Shown one piece after another: positions 19,819-30,004 of a stretch of 64,000 nucleotides of DNA (position 1 is its first letter; each line of letters starts with the position of its first letter). Location of the stretch: assembly GCA_045803545.1 (NCBI GenBank), contig JBJMOW010000004.1:608001-672000 (forward strand). Direction: 5' to 3'. Source of the DNA: Gemmatimonadaceae bacterium (GTDB lineage: Bacteria > Gemmatimonadota > Gemmatimonadetes > Gemmatimonadales > Gemmatimonadaceae). Below the pieces are notes generated by a model. That model was not told where the DNA came from. It worked only from the letters and a program-made list of their open reading frames with translations, and ran no database searches. A program made the position numbers and the translations under genes.

Positions 19819-20847
19819 CTACTTCGAGATCACGCCGATAGTTCCCAGCCAACTCTCCACCAACTGCGGCCATTCCGTAATCGGAAAAATCGTGCGCCGC
19901 AGTCCGAAGGCATGTCCGCCCTTCGCATACAAATGCATCTCCACCGGAACGCCAGCCTTCCTCAGGGCGGCGTGATAGACGATCGAGTTCTCCACAGGAT
20001 CGACGGGATCATTCTCCGCCTGGATCAGTAACGTCGGCGGAATTCGGCTGGTGACGCGGAGATCGGGATTCAACACAAAGCCCTTTTCGCGTACCGCCAG
20101 ATGCCCCGGATAGAGAGCGATCGCGAAATCGGGGCGGCAACTCACAGAGTCAGCTGCGTCTACCATCCGGTACAGACGCTGGTCGAAATGCGTGCTGATC
20201 GCCGCCACCATATGTCCGCCGGCAGAAAAGCCGAGTACTCCGATTTTGTGGGGATCGATATGCCACCGCGCTGCCTGGGAGCGGAGGAGTCCCACGGTCC
20301 GTTGCGCATCCAGCAATGCTGTTCGACAATCCCGATATGGCCCGACTCTGTAGCACGGTACGCGGTACTTCAACAACACGCAGGTGATGCCCTTCGACGT
20401 CAACCAGTCGCAGGCTTCCGTGCCTTCGAGATCGATTGCAAGAATGAAATAACCACCGCCCGGAAACACGACGACCGCTGTGCCAGTGTTCCTTCCCACG
20501 GGCGAATACACAGTCATCGTTGGTTGCGAGACACTGTCGACATAAGTCCACGGCCTGCCGCCAACGGGCTTGGGCTTACCGGTGGAGTCTACGACTGTTC
20601 CTGCGACCTCAGGTCCTTTGTGCGGCTCTGCTCCCGGAGCGACACCGGGCCAGATTCGGATCTGCGTGTGGCCCGGCGATGGCTGCCATACAGTTTGCGC
20701 TGCGGTACGCCTTGGCGCTCCCGCTGCGAGCGCCAGCAATATGAGTAGAGCTCTGCGGACGCAGTATTGCACTCTCAAATGAGGTCGCGGGTTGCGCGCG
20801 CTCTCTTGCTGCAGCCTAGTGGCTTGTTTCACTTCGGGTGCCGTCAC
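19819..20847 (-). CDS. Alpha/beta hydrolase (acetyl-xylan esterase-like)
   Basis: PGGGY, GFSAGG nucleophile, DPV and GGHAFG motifs; start uncertain. Confidence 0.85.
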   Translation of the reverse strand: MTAPEVKQATRLQQESARNPRPHLRVQYCVRRALLILLALAAGAPRRTAAQTVWQPSPGHTQIRIWPGVAPGAEPHKGPEVAGTVVDSTGKPKPVGGRPWTYVDSVSQPTMTVYSPVGRNTGTAVVVFPGGGYFILAIDLEGTEACDWLTSKGITCVLLKYRVPCYRVGPYRDCRTALLDAQRTVGLLRSQAARWHIDPHKIGVLGFSAGGHMVAAISTHFDQRLYRMVDAADSVSCRPDFAIALYPGHLAVREKGFVLNPDLRVTSRIPPTLLIQAENDPVDPVENSIVYHAALRKAGVPVEMHLYAKGGHAFGLRRTIFPITEWPQLVESWLGTIGVISK

Positions 20848-21482
20848 TGACGCACATAGCGCAAGTGCGTGGCAGCAGGACCATCAAGAACCTTGTCGAT
20901 TCGAAACTGCGGTCCGGGCTCGCGTAGGTTCTCGAAGAGTCGCCGCCCGCCGCCAAACAACACGGGTACCAAGGCGATTTCCAGCTCGTCGACGACACCC
21001 AGGTTCAGGTACTGCTGGATCACATCGGCTCCGCCCGAGATCCGAACATCACCACTGCCTGCGGATTTCCGAGCCAGCTCCAGCGCACGCTCCGGCCCGT
21101 CATTTATGAAATAAAATGTCGTCCCACCGGCGCGCAGCCAGGGTTCGCGTTTTTCATGGGTGAGAACGTATACCGGTGTGTGAAACGGAGCCTCCTCTGG
21201 CCAGGAGGCTTCGCCCTGGTCGAACATTCGCTTGCCCATGATGTTGGCACCGATGCGCTGCATAGTGCTGCGAACGAAGTCATTGACCGGGCCGGTCTCT
21301 CCGCCCGGTCCGAACTTGAGGTTCTCGCGGAAGTATTGCTGCTTCATGAGCCACGTCATCAGCGCACCCCACTTGGCACCCCAGTTCTTGTATGCAGGGT
21401 CCTCCCAATGCTCCATGGTCATTCCTTCCGGTGACGTGTAGCCATCGAGGCTAAGCCCGATGTTGACGAATACTTTGCTCAA
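20844..21482 (-). CDS. Dihydrofolate reductase family protein
   Basis: SLDGY, GKRMF and GVVDE motifs. Confidence 0.85.
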   Translation of the reverse strand: MSKVFVNIGLSLDGYTSPEGMTMEHWEDPAYKNWGAKWGALMTWLMKQQYFRENLKFGPGGETGPVNDFVRSTMQRIGANIMGKRMFDQGEASWPEEAPFHTPVYVLTHEKREPWLRAGGTTFYFINDGPERALELARKSAGSGDVRISGGADVIQQYLNLGVVDELEIALVPVLFGGGRRLFENLREPGPQFRIDKVLDGPAATHLRYVRQ

Positions 21483-21510
21483 GATTCTCCTCTCTCATGT
21501 TCGGATGTCG

Positions 21511-21537
21511 GCCTAACGCCCATATCAGTTGCGAGCA
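21511..21537 (-). repeat. attC remnant (R' half)
   Basis: GCCTAACGCCCATATCAGTTGCGAGC; other arm absent. Confidence 0.55.
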
Positions 21538-21568
21538 ACATAAGTGCGCGAAGATAGTGCCGTGTTGC

Positions 21569-22300
21569 TCAGACCGGCCGAACTTCGGCGAGCCGCTTGA
21601 CCGCGTAATCGTCGTCCCAGCAGACGGCCGCTTCCCACGCGGCCGAGGCTTGCGCGGCGATGTCGTGCGCGTCGTCGTCAAGACCGGCGGCGTTGCCGGG
21701 CAGTACCAGGTCGAGGTCGGGGACGTCGACGTGCGACTCGTCCCAGTCGATCAGCGCGACCCGATCAGCCGTCATTCGAACGTTCGCGGGGCTGTTGGGA
21801 TTGCCGTGGACGACGCATGTCCGACGTCCGACGAGCCGCGCCCACGCAGCGCGACATCGAGCAACGCCTTCAGGCGGCATCGCGCCGAGGTCGATCTTCG
21901 TCGCGGTCTCGGCGTGCAGAAGGTCGATCGACGATCGCCAGCCGGGGCGCTGCGGCCAGCCCTGCGTCAGCCGATGCAGCGGGCGCAGAGTGTCGGCCAC
22001 GCGACGCCAGTCGGCGTCCGTCTCGGGCGGTCCGCCCTCTATGTAGGTCATCACCACCACACCGTTGGCGAAGAGCCGGCCGTCCGTGGTCGGGATCGGC
22101 ACTGGCACGGTCAGACCTTCACGGTGAAGGTATTGGACGAGCTCGGTCTCCCACGCGAGATCAGCATTGCTCCTGGCGCCGAGACGACCAACCGCAAAGC
22201 GTCCGTTGACGCGCACGCTCCACACGTCGTTTGCAACTCCGCCAGCGAGCCGTTCGATGCGAGCGACGTCACCCCACTGCTCGAGTGCCTCCCATCCCAT
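21569..22300 (-). CDS. Phosphotransferase, APH/choline kinase-like
   Basis: GGxxN, HGNxxxxxN (catalytic Asp replaced by Asn) and IDWDE motifs. Confidence 0.7.
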   Translation of the reverse strand: MGWEALEQWGDVARIERLAGGVANDVWSVRVNGRFAVGRLGARSNADLAWETELVQYLHREGLTVPVPIPTTDGRLFANGVVVMTYIEGGPPETDADWRRVADTLRPLHRLTQGWPQRPGWRSSIDLLHAETATKIDLGAMPPEGVARCRAAWARLVGRRTCVVHGNPNSPANVRMTADRVALIDWDESHVDVPDLDLVLPGNAAGLDDDAHDIAAQASAAWEAAVCWDDDYAVKRLAEVRPV

Positions 22301-22412
22301 CGGCTGCGCGGCTCCTGTCCTTCGGTCCACTCATTGTGAGAGCGCGACCGGGATCGTCAGTGTAGTCGTCGGGTCGAACACTTCCAACAATTCTGTGCGC
22401 GAAGTACACCGA

Positions 22413-22913
22413 TTACGGTGGACTCGACTTACTCGAGTTTCGAATATGTCGTGAGATAAGCCAGTGTCCATTCGGCTGACGGCGGAGAATGTCGAGATGT
22501 CGTACTACTTGGTTGCTAATCTGTCCGGTGCGACGATTTCGGAAACGCGACGTCGAGGTACCTCGCGAATACGCAAGGTCGCCGGCAACGACAATTTCGC
22601 CTGGATCGAGCTCGAATACTTCGAGAGAGTCAGCAGCTTCGCGCGATGTCCACCAAGCGCGTAATGCGGCCTTCCCGACAACGTCTGGTATTCCAGGCGG
22701 CGTGTACACGGCATCATCCGTGACGAAGCTCAATTCCCTTTCAACGTCCCGGGCAAGCTTCGCCGCGACAAAAGCCGGGTACATCTGGCGGATGGCATCC
22801 GCGTCTGTAGCCGAACTCGTTGAAGTCGTCGCGGGTTTTTGTTGCGTCTCCCGGGAGCAGGCAAAGCAAACAAGCATTAGCGTCACGTGGATTCGACGAC
22901 TCACTGTCCGCAC
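22413..22913 (-). CDS. SnoaL/DUF4440 (NTF2-like) lipoprotein
   Basis: Lipobox FAC, DAVYxPP, GDLAY and RRQxxGxW motifs. Confidence 0.75.
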   Translation of the reverse strand: MRTVSRRIHVTLMLVCFACSRETQQKPATTSTSSATDADAIRQMYPAFVAAKLARDVERELSFVTDDAVYTPPGIPDVVGKAALRAWWTSREAADSLEVFELDPGEIVVAGDLAYSRGTSTSRFRNRRTGQISNQVVRHLDILRRQPNGHWLISRHIRNSSKSSPP

Positions 22914-22967
22914 TCTCCTCTTGGGCGCAGCCCGCTATCGGAACAGCAAAAATGACCTTGATGCGCG

Positions 22968-23603
22968 TCATTTATTCAGTTGATGCACAACCGAGAGTGG
23001 TTCTTCTCGCTCGGCCTCCCGCCGGATTGCTCCAAGCATCGAGCGACGTATGAGTCCACTTCCCGGTCGCACCACCAGCCAGTACGCGCGGAACTTGACC
23101 CGTGCATCCTCCGCGCACCAGACGCGCGTTTCCGTCGCGAGTTCGGTGAGACCGTCCGGGCGCGCGGCGACCGTGAAGTTCCAGCCCGCGAGCGCGTAAC
23201 CGTTCGGCGGACCCTTATGGAAGTCGTCTATACTGAGCGTAGCGCGCAGTGCGCCCCTCGGCGTCCAAAATTTTCCAAGCAGACCGATGACGATTTCTTC
23301 GGGAACCCGCTCGGCCACAACATGGAACCCTGCCCGCTCGAAGTCCGCAAGACGGATTGCGCGCGGACGCTGCGCTCGCGGCTTGCGAGCCGCGCGGAGC
23401 TCTACGAACGCGCTGCCAGGCGAACGGAACGACGCGATTAGCGCGCTCGGGATCGCACGAACAGCAAGGAGTAATTTCGCGAGCGGCCCACTCGCGAGAT
23501 CAGCCCTTCGGAGGGCTGCATAAACCGTATCCGTCCCAGCCGCGACGACCGCCCGATGGCGCTCGATGACGTCATACTTTGGCATGAGCTCGTCAAGCAG
23601 CAC
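22968..23603 (-). CDS. Hypothetical protein (DUF2867-like)
   Basis: PxYDxxERH, GKFW, LxTETRV and FRAYW motifs. Confidence 0.6.
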   Translation of the reverse strand: MLLDELMPKYDVIERHRAVVAAGTDTVYAALRRADLASGPLAKLLLAVRAIPSALIASFRSPGSAFVELRAARKPRAQRPRAIRLADFERAGFHVVAERVPEEIVIGLLGKFWTPRGALRATLSIDDFHKGPPNGYALAGWNFTVAARPDGLTELATETRVWCAEDARVKFRAYWLVVRPGSGLIRRSMLGAIRREAEREEPLSVVHQLNK

Positions 23604-23635
23604 CGAAGAACATCCTATCGAGAGTTTCAGCGTTA

Positions 23636-24082
23636 TCACGTCGCAGAACGGAGCTCCTCGGCGAGCCCGATGAGAATTCCTTCGGGCCCGCGGATGTAGC
23701 AGAGGCGATACACGTCTTCGTACTGAACCACTTCGCCGACGAGCTGCGCGCCACGCTTGCGGAGCCTGGCGAGCGTGTCGTCGATGTTGTCCACGGCGAA
23801 CATGACGCGCAGGTAGCCGAGAGCGTTCACCGGAGCGTTGCGGTGATCGGCGACTACGGGCGGGCTGAGGAATCGCGAAAGCTCGAGCCGACTGTGACCG
23901 TCCGGGGTGACCATCATGGCGATCTCGACGTGTTGGGTTCCCAATCCGGTGACGCGTCCGGCCCACTCTCCTTCGATCGTGGCTCGCCCTTCGAGTGTGA
24001 GGCCAAGCTCGGCGAAGAATGAGATGGCGGAATCGAGGGATTCTACCACGATGCCTATGTTGTCCATCCGCTTCAGAGTCAT
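23636..24082 (-). CDS. VOC family protein
   Basis: MDNIGIVV and YRLCYIRGPEGI motifs. Confidence 0.85.
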   Translation of the reverse strand: MTLKRMDNIGIVVESLDSAISFFAELGLTLEGRATIEGEWAGRVTGLGTQHVEIAMMVTPDGHSRLELSRFLSPPVVADHRNAPVNALGYLRVMFAVDNIDDTLARLRKRGAQLVGEVVQYEDVYRLCYIRGPEGILIGLAEELRSAT

Positions 24083-24128
24083 ATCATCTGGTCTCGTTCT
24101 TCGCGATCAACGAACGAAGCTGCCCGGG

Positions 24129-24629
24129 CTACGCGAGTCCTTTCACGCGCTTGTAGTACGCGAGGTACTCTTTCGGAGTCGACATAGCGATTACGGTCGC
24201 GACTGAGGTGAGCTCGAGATCATTGAGCTCTTTGAAGTGCAGACAGCACTTGCCCATGTCGAGGCGCTTTCCCGCTTTCTTGAATGCGTCGACGAGAAGC
24301 TTTTCGGGGAACGGCGATGTGTACTCGCCGTTCGAGCTGTCATACGCGCCCATTAGGTAGAGCGAGTTGTAACTCTTGTGCGCCGCGAGGCCCACGTAGC
24401 AGAGCGGCTGACCGTTGTACGTGTTTGAGAACTCTTCGAGCGGGATCCCCCAGTTGATCACGCCCCAGTTCATGAACTCTGCGTACCCATTGGGGATGTG
24501 CTCGAGAACAAAAGCGCGGGCCGCTTCGATCACCGTCCGTTTTTCCGGAGTGAGCGAGGCCAGGTAGGCGGCCACGGTGGTTGGCCGAGCCGCCTTCGCC
24601 TTCAAGGGTGATGATTTCTTGCCAGGCAT
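24129..24629 (-). CDS. DUF1801 domain protein
   Basis: TYNGQPL, SLYLM and DMGKxC motifs. Confidence 0.8.
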   Translation of the reverse strand: MPGKKSSPLKAKAARPTTVAAYLASLTPEKRTVIEAARAFVLEHIPNGYAEFMNWGVINWGIPLEEFSNTYNGQPLCYVGLAAHKSYNSLYLMGAYDSSNGEYTSPFPEKLLVDAFKKAGKRLDMGKCCLHFKELNDLELTSVATVIAMSTPKEYLAYYKRVKGLA

Positions 24630-24810
24630 CGATCTGTTCCTCGCGCTCAGGTGCTCCGACCGGAGTTCAGATGCGGACGCACTACTCATAAAACGAAACT
24701 AGTCTGCCCTTAGCCAAAGTCTACAATAGCTCTCAGAATCTCCGTGAGCTGCGCTCCATTGCGGCAAGAAAAAACTCCCTGCCGACTGCTGCCGTGTATA
24801 AAATTGGGCG

Positions 24811-25731
24811 ATGAACACGCGGCTGCCAAAGTCTTCACAGCGAACTCGAATCATTGGGTACGCCTGCGGCCTCGGCGCAGGCGCAATCTGGGGCACTACC
24901 GGACCGTTGAGCACTGCGTTGTACGCGGAGGGCGCGGCAATTTCAGCGGTGGGATTCTGGCGACTACTGCTGGCAGTACTCGGCCTTACAGTCTACGGAT
25001 TCTTCGCGCGTGATCTCTTCAGGATCGATAGACGTGGAATCTGGCTCATCACGGTACTTGGAGGTGCGCTAGTCGCACTGTTCGAGGTACCCTTCCAGTA
25101 TGCGATCGCGGGGCTCGGTGTCGCCCCCGCCGTCGCTCTCCTCTACACCGCGCCGGTTACAGTTGCCATCGCCGGACACTTTATCCTCAAGGAGAAGCTG
25201 ACGCCGGTTCGCATTGCGCTCGCGGTCGGTGTCATGATCGGCGTTTGGTTGACAGTGAACGGTGAAGCTGCTGACCAGTCGCAACCCACAGCCTCGCGAC
25301 TTGTCGGGATACTCGGCGGGCTGATTGCGGCGGCGTCGTACGCGGCGACAGCGATCCTCGCGCGCTACGTGGTACCGCGGTACGGATCAAAAAAGATGTT
25401 GTACTGGGAGCTTGTCGGCGGCCTGATATTCCTCGCCATCCTGTTGCCAATGTTTGGGAAAACGCCGAATGCGCCGCGCAACATCGCAGGCTGGGTATAC
25501 GTCGCGGCGTTGGGCATCGGAGCCGTCGTTGCGGCGAATTTCCTGTTCTTTGGCGCCATGAAGCGAATAGATGCGGCACCGGCAAGTGTCGCCGCGAGCG
25601 TCGAGCCGCTGGTTGGAGCGCTGCTCAGCCTGCTCCTTTTCAATCAGCAGCTGCGTTGGTTTGGGTGGCTCGGTTTACTGATGGTTGTTGGAGGAGTTGC
25701 TGGCGGGTACGCCGAGGAGGCAGAGACTTAG
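24811..25731 (+). CDS. EamA/DMT family transporter
   Basis: 10-TM duplicated pattern; LKEKL and VEPL motifs. Confidence 0.85.
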   Translation: MNTRLPKSSQRTRIIGYACGLGAGAIWGTTGPLSTALYAEGAAISAVGFWRLLLAVLGLTVYGFFARDLFRIDRRGIWLITVLGGALVALFEVPFQYAIAGLGVAPAVALLYTAPVTVAIAGHFILKEKLTPVRIALAVGVMIGVWLTVNGEAADQSQPTASRLVGILGGLIAAASYAATAILARYVVPRYGSKKMLYWELVGGLIFLAILLPMFGKTPNAPRNIAGWVYVAALGIGAVVAANFLFFGAMKRIDAAPASVAASVEPLVGALLSLLLFNQQLRWFGWLGLLMVVGGVAGGYAEEAET

Positions 25732-25786
25732 CGGAGCAGCCCCACTATCTGAGCAGACACCCAGGTCGTTCAAGTGAGTGAGATCC

Positions 25787-25878
25787 GCCTAACGCCTTAG
25801 TTCAGATGCGGGCGATTCCTCTTTGCGATCTACAACCCAGCGACTTGGCCGCGCTGTCTGCTGCAACGTTCGTTAGGC
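25787..25878 (-). repeat. attC site
   Basis: GCCTAAC...GTTAGGC imperfect inverted repeat. Confidence 0.8.
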
Positions 25879-25907
25879 TGCGGCTGGGGCGAGCAATCCA
25901 GGTGGTG

Positions 25908-26393
25908 TCAGACGTACCGCCGCACGCGTGAGCGGTAGTCGCGATACGCTTCGCCAAACTTAGCCTCTAGGTAGCGCTCCTCACGCCGAACAACTCCGTA
26001 ATGCATCAGCACCAACACCGGTATAATCAAGACCAATACCCACAGAGCGTTGGCGAGAAGGGACAGCCCTACGTACATGAGAGTCAGCGCGACATAAAGG
26101 GGATTGCGGGAGAAGCGGAACGGGCCGGTCGCCACCAAAGCAGTGGATGGCAAAGTCGGATTGACGTTCGTTCCGGCGCTCTCCATAACGCGACGGCCCC
26201 GCATCGCGAGAAAAAGACCAGACGCGAGCAAAATACCACCAATCCAATAACGGGCATTCGACGGCATGATCGTGCGCGGAGCGATCCACTGCAGCAGAAA
26301 CCCGATCGCGAGCGCGACTGCGTAAAGCAGGGGCGGCAAGATGAGAACGTTAGGAACGTCGGATCGAGAGTGGATCGAACTAGGCTCTGTCAT
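25908..26393 (-). CDS. Isoprenylcysteine carboxylmethyltransferase family protein (cassette)
   Basis: TGPFRFSRNPLY and REERYL..FG..Y motifs. Confidence 0.85.
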   Translation of the reverse strand: MTEPSSIHSRSDVPNVLILPPLLYAVALAIGFLLQWIAPRTIMPSNARYWIGGILLASGLFLAMRGRRVMESAGTNVNPTLPSTALVATGPFRFSRNPLYVALTLMYVGLSLLANALWVLVLIIPVLVLMHYGVVRREERYLEAKFGEAYRDYRSRVRRYV

Positions 26394-26415
26394 TGAGTGA
26401 GGTCATCTGTTCGGT

Positions 26416-26514
26416 GCCTAACGCCCAAGTTCACTTGCAAGCGAGTTAATAAGAGCGCGTGGCAAGCCACGCGCAACCACTAGATCGCTTGTCAGCTGCA
26501 ACGTTGCGTTAGGT
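26416..26514 (-). repeat. attC site
   Basis: GCCTAACGCCCAAGTTCA...CTGCAACGTTGCGTTAGGT. Confidence 0.8.
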
Positions 26515-26595
26515 AGCAAGCAAGAGATTCAGACTTACGTGGACTAAGCTGGCCCCCTTGCCAAGCCGCAATGCTTGCGTTAAATACTGAACCAT

Positions 26596-26961
26596 ATGGT
26601 TCAGTATGTGACGACGCGCCTTGACACTTCGTTCGCCGCGCTCTCGGACGCCACGCGGCGTGGCGTTCTGGGGCAGCTCGGACGAGCCGACGCTTCGATC
26701 ACGGACCTCGCCGAGAAGTTCCACATGACGCTCACAGGCATGAAGAAGCACGTCGGCGTTCTGGAGCAGGCCGGGCTCGTCACCACGAAGAAGATCGGGC
26801 GCGTGCGGACGTGCCAGTTGGGCCCGCGCCGATTGGAGGAAGAGACGGCGTGGCTCGAGAAGTACCGCCAGCGCTGGGACGAACGCTTTGACGAGTTGGA
26901 CAAGGTTGTCGAGGAACTCACACGAAAGGAGAAGAGCAATGAACGCAAGAATCGAAAGTAA
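26596..26961 (+). CDS. ArsR/SmtB family regulator
   Basis: FAALSDxTRR and KHVxVLExAGLV motifs. Confidence 0.9.
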   Translation: MVQYVTTRLDTSFAALSDATRRGVLGQLGRADASITDLAEKFHMTLTGMKKHVGVLEQAGLVTTKKIGRVRTCQLGPRRLEEETAWLEKYRQRWDERFDELDKVVEELTRKEKSNERKNRK

Positions 26962-27453
26962 GCCCGGCCCCGTGAAGAACCGCACCACGGTGGAACGGAA
27001 GTCCGACCGCGAGGTGGTTGTCACGCGGACCATCAACGGCCCGGCGCGCATCGTGTTCGAGGCATTTACGAAGGCCGAGCTGTTCAAGCGCTGGTGGGTG
27101 CCCAGGTCGATGCCAATGACCCTGCTGGCCTGCGAGGTGGATGCTCGTGTCGGAGGCAAGTACCGATTGGTATTCGACCACAGCCCCGAGCCTGTCGCGT
27201 TTTTCGGCATATATGTCGAAGTGAAGCCGTATTCGCGTCTTGCGTGGACCAATGACGAAGGTGGCGAGGGCGGGTCTGTCACCACGGTGACCTTCGAGGA
27301 AAGGGCGGCAAGACGCTGGTGGTCTTGCGCGAGAGCTATCCTTCTAAGGAAGCGCTCGACGCTGCCGGCACCGGAGCAGCCGATGCAATGGTCGAGACGT
27401 TCGATCAGCTGGACGAGCTTCTCGTCGCCCTGGGTGAGAGCTCGGGACAGTAA
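26939..27453 (+). pseudogene. SRPBCC/AHSA1 protein with a frameshift near 27300
   Basis: TVTFEE continues as KGGKTL..YPSKEALDAA..FDQLDELL in a shifted frame. Confidence 0.75.
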
Positions 27454-27513
27454 CAGCAATAGCCGGGAGCGCTCTCGGACGCAGGCTCGTTCTCGCCGCG
27501 AACAATTTGGGCG

Positions 27514-28707
27514 TCACGCGGACTGCTCGAGGATGTCCAGCCCTCGTGACGCGGTCCGGCGATCGATGTTGAGCGCCGGCAAGAGCAGCACAGCATCCGA
27601 CTGACTCGCCACCAGGAGACCGTTTCTGCGGCAACGGTCAGCCAGGGCGTCCCCATACTCGTCGTCCTCGAAATGCAAACCGATCGCGAGGCCGAGCATG
27701 TTGAGGGTCAGCTTCGATCCGAACCCGATCTCGCCGATGCGCTCCCGGAAGTAGTCGCTGGTCGCGGCGACCTGGGCCAGCAGCTTTCGGTTGTCGCGCA
27801 TGATGCGCCGTATGCTGGCGATCGCCACATCCGTACTCCGCGGATGCCATCCGTACGTCGAGTAGAACTCTCCCTTCGCCTCCATCGTCTCGCCAACCGC
27901 GGCCGTTGCAAGCATGGCGCCCATGCCGGCCACGCCGCCGGAAATCGCCTTGGCGATGCAAATGACGTCAGGCTCGACGTCGAAGTGCTCGGTCGCGAAG
28001 ATTCTTCCAGTGCGGCCGAAACCGCAGGCCACTTCATCGAGAATGAGCAGGGTGCGATAGCGCGTACACAGCGCTCGAAGTCCTTCCATGAACCCGGGCT
28101 GCGGTATGCAGACGCCGAGGTTGATGCTCACCGGCTCCATGATGAATGCCGCGACGTCCCGCCGCTTGAGCCGCGTCTCGATGCGGTCGAGCGCATCCTC
28201 GTCCAACGGCGGCGTGATCTTGTGGCAGTTTGGAAGGAGACGCGGAAACTTCTCGCGATACTCCGAGCCGGCGACGCTCATCGCGCCGAACGTGTTCCCG
28301 TGATAACTCTCCTCGAGTGACACAAATGCGTGGCGCTTCGTGTGCAGCATCGCCGCCTGGATCGCGAGCTCCACCGCCTCCGAGCCTCCGGTCGCGCGGA
28401 AGCACTTGGTCAGGTCGCCCGGAGCAAGTCGCGCGAGGAGCGTGGCGAGCTCCTCCCAGGGGCGATAGCGGTAGTCCGGATATACGTAGTCGGGGCCGCG
28501 GAAGCGCTCGATGCTTCGCTCGAGCTCCGCATCGCCCCACCCGAAGTTGCCGACGCACCAGCCCATCACGAAATCGACGTAGCGTTTACCACGCGTGTCG
28601 AAGAGATAGCTGCCCGCGGCACGAGCTACGTAGAGGTCGCCGTCTCCCTGTTCGCCGAGATGGCGCTGGCCCCGCTTTCTTGCCGGCACGTTGACGACTC
28701 CGCCCAA
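27514..28707 (-). CDS. Class III aminotransferase
   Basis: GGSEAVE, YHG, DEVACGFGRTG and AKAI (PLP lysine) motifs. Confidence 0.9.
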   Translation of the reverse strand: MGGVVNVPARKRGQRHLGEQGDGDLYVARAAGSYLFDTRGKRYVDFVMGWCVGNFGWGDAELERSIERFRGPDYVYPDYRYRPWEELATLLARLAPGDLTKCFRATGGSEAVELAIQAAMLHTKRHAFVSLEESYHGNTFGAMSVAGSEYREKFPRLLPNCHKITPPLDEDALDRIETRLKRRDVAAFIMEPVSINLGVCIPQPGFMEGLRALCTRYRTLLILDEVACGFGRTGRIFATEHFDVEPDVICIAKAISGGVAGMGAMLATAAVGETMEAKGEFYSTYGWHPRSTDVAIASIRRIMRDNRKLLAQVAATSDYFRERIGEIGFGSKLTLNMLGLAIGLHFEDDEYGDALADRCRRNGLLVASQSDAVLLLPALNIDRRTASRGLDILEQSA

Positions 28708-28859
28708 GAGTCCGTCGAGGCTCGCAGATAGCAGGCCACAAAGCCGCGACGGCCGGCGATGCGAAGCGGCGGCATTAGTGAGTCCACGGACGGTCCACGT
28801 GATAACCGCACCGTTCCGGCCCGAGGGTGCGGATCACCATGATAGCTCCTGCTTTTGTA

Positions 28860-29504
28860 TCAGATACGGAGGCCGTTCGCCTGCCCGGTATCGTTCTCCA
28901 CCATTCTGTTTTGGCTGCGGAGCACGCGATATAGCAAGAGGGACGCGACTGCGCCCAGTGTGTCCATCAGCATGTCCTTCTGCGCGTCCCAGATGTCACC
29001 CTGGCTGCCCAGAAAGTCCGCCCCCGCTTCGGCGTTGCCGCCATAGGCCGCATATATCCATTCGATCAGCTCGTATGACATCGCGACGAAGCTGATCGCG
29101 AACAGGGCGAACAGAGACGCCATCACCACACTCATGCCTTTTTTGACAATCAGGTATTCGGCGATGCCGAACGCGTAGAATCCGACGCTGAAGTGGCCGA
29201 TCCGGTCGTACATATTCCGCTCGAACCCGAAGGCGCGGCTGAACCAGTCGAATGGTACCCGCTCGAATGTGTAGTGGCCTCCGATGGTGTGCCAATACGG
29301 AAGGATCGACATCAGAATGTAGGCAAGGGCGGAGAACCTCACGCCGCGCGTGTACAGAACAACGAGGGTGACCACCACCAGGACGATGGGCACGTTCTCC
29401 ACCCACCATACAGTACGGTCGTACGGAGCTATCGCGCCCCAGATGAAAAGAACCACGTAGGCAGCGAGCAGGGCGTGCGGAATCCGATCACTGAATCTTT
29501 TCAT
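28860..29504 (-). CDS. DUF2238/YjdF membrane protein
   Basis: RNxYDRIGHF, YELIEW and GSQGDIWDAQKDM motifs. Confidence 0.85.
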   Translation of the reverse strand: MKRFSDRIPHALLAAYVVLFIWGAIAPYDRTVWWVENVPIVLVVVTLVVLYTRGVRFSALAYILMSILPYWHTIGGHYTFERVPFDWFSRAFGFERNMYDRIGHFSVGFYAFGIAEYLIVKKGMSVVMASLFALFAISFVAMSYELIEWIYAAYGGNAEAGADFLGSQGDIWDAQKDMLMDTLGAVASLLLYRVLRSQNRMVENDTGQANGLRI

Positions 29505-29988
29505 TCGCTGGTGGAATAATGGACGCTCTCTGGAAGCTGCCTAACGCTGTGTCCGAGTCTGAATAAAGTGCTGCAACAGTTTCTAGACAGAGCCAGATAA
29601 AATGGAATGCAATAGCCGCTCGGACAATTCCGAGCGCGTTCATTGACTTGAAAACAGCTAATGACGAGAGAGCCGCGATTAGGGGAGGGCAGTGAGCGAG
29701 CGCTCCAACCACATTCCACTTCCTTGCATTCACTTGACCCGAGCCAAGTATCAGCAATACGGCAATGATCGTCATCAAGAGATAAGCCTGGATCAGTCCG
29801 ACCCACACCATGGGATTCTGCCGCATGAACCCAAATGGTCCGGCTCCCGTTCTCCAGCCGATGGTCGTTGCGAGAGCGCTTCCCAGCGCGACCAGAGTCA
29901 AGATCGTACCGTGGATCCGCAGTAGCGTTCGCCTATACGCCGGAACGCGCGAATTGGGTTTGGAACTTGTCACGGGCTTGGCGTCCAT
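29488..29988 (-). CDS. Hypothetical membrane protein (cassette)
   Basis: 4 TM segments; starts 17 bp after an attC. Confidence 0.6.
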   Translation of the reverse strand: MDAKPVTSSKPNSRVPAYRRTLLRIHGTILTLVALGSALATTIGWRTGAGPFGFMRQNPMVWVGLIQAYLLMTIIAVLLILGSGQVNARKWNVVGALAHCPPLIAALSSLAVFKSMNALGIVRAAIAFHFIWLCLETVAALYSDSDTALGSFQRASIIPPANEKIQ

Positions 29989-30004
29989 CGGCCTTTCCCC
30001 GTAT

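Noticed and set aside
9900..21482. dfr trimethoprim-resistance genes
   Set aside because: They are RibD-C/DHFR-like family proteins without DfrA signatures.
26509..27459. 316-aa minus-strand ORF ending in the attC R''
   Set aside because: Antisense to clear ArsR and SRPBCC genes, with no recognisable motifs.
29539..29547. GCCTAACG as an attC remnant
   Set aside because: Inside an ORF with no further attC arm.
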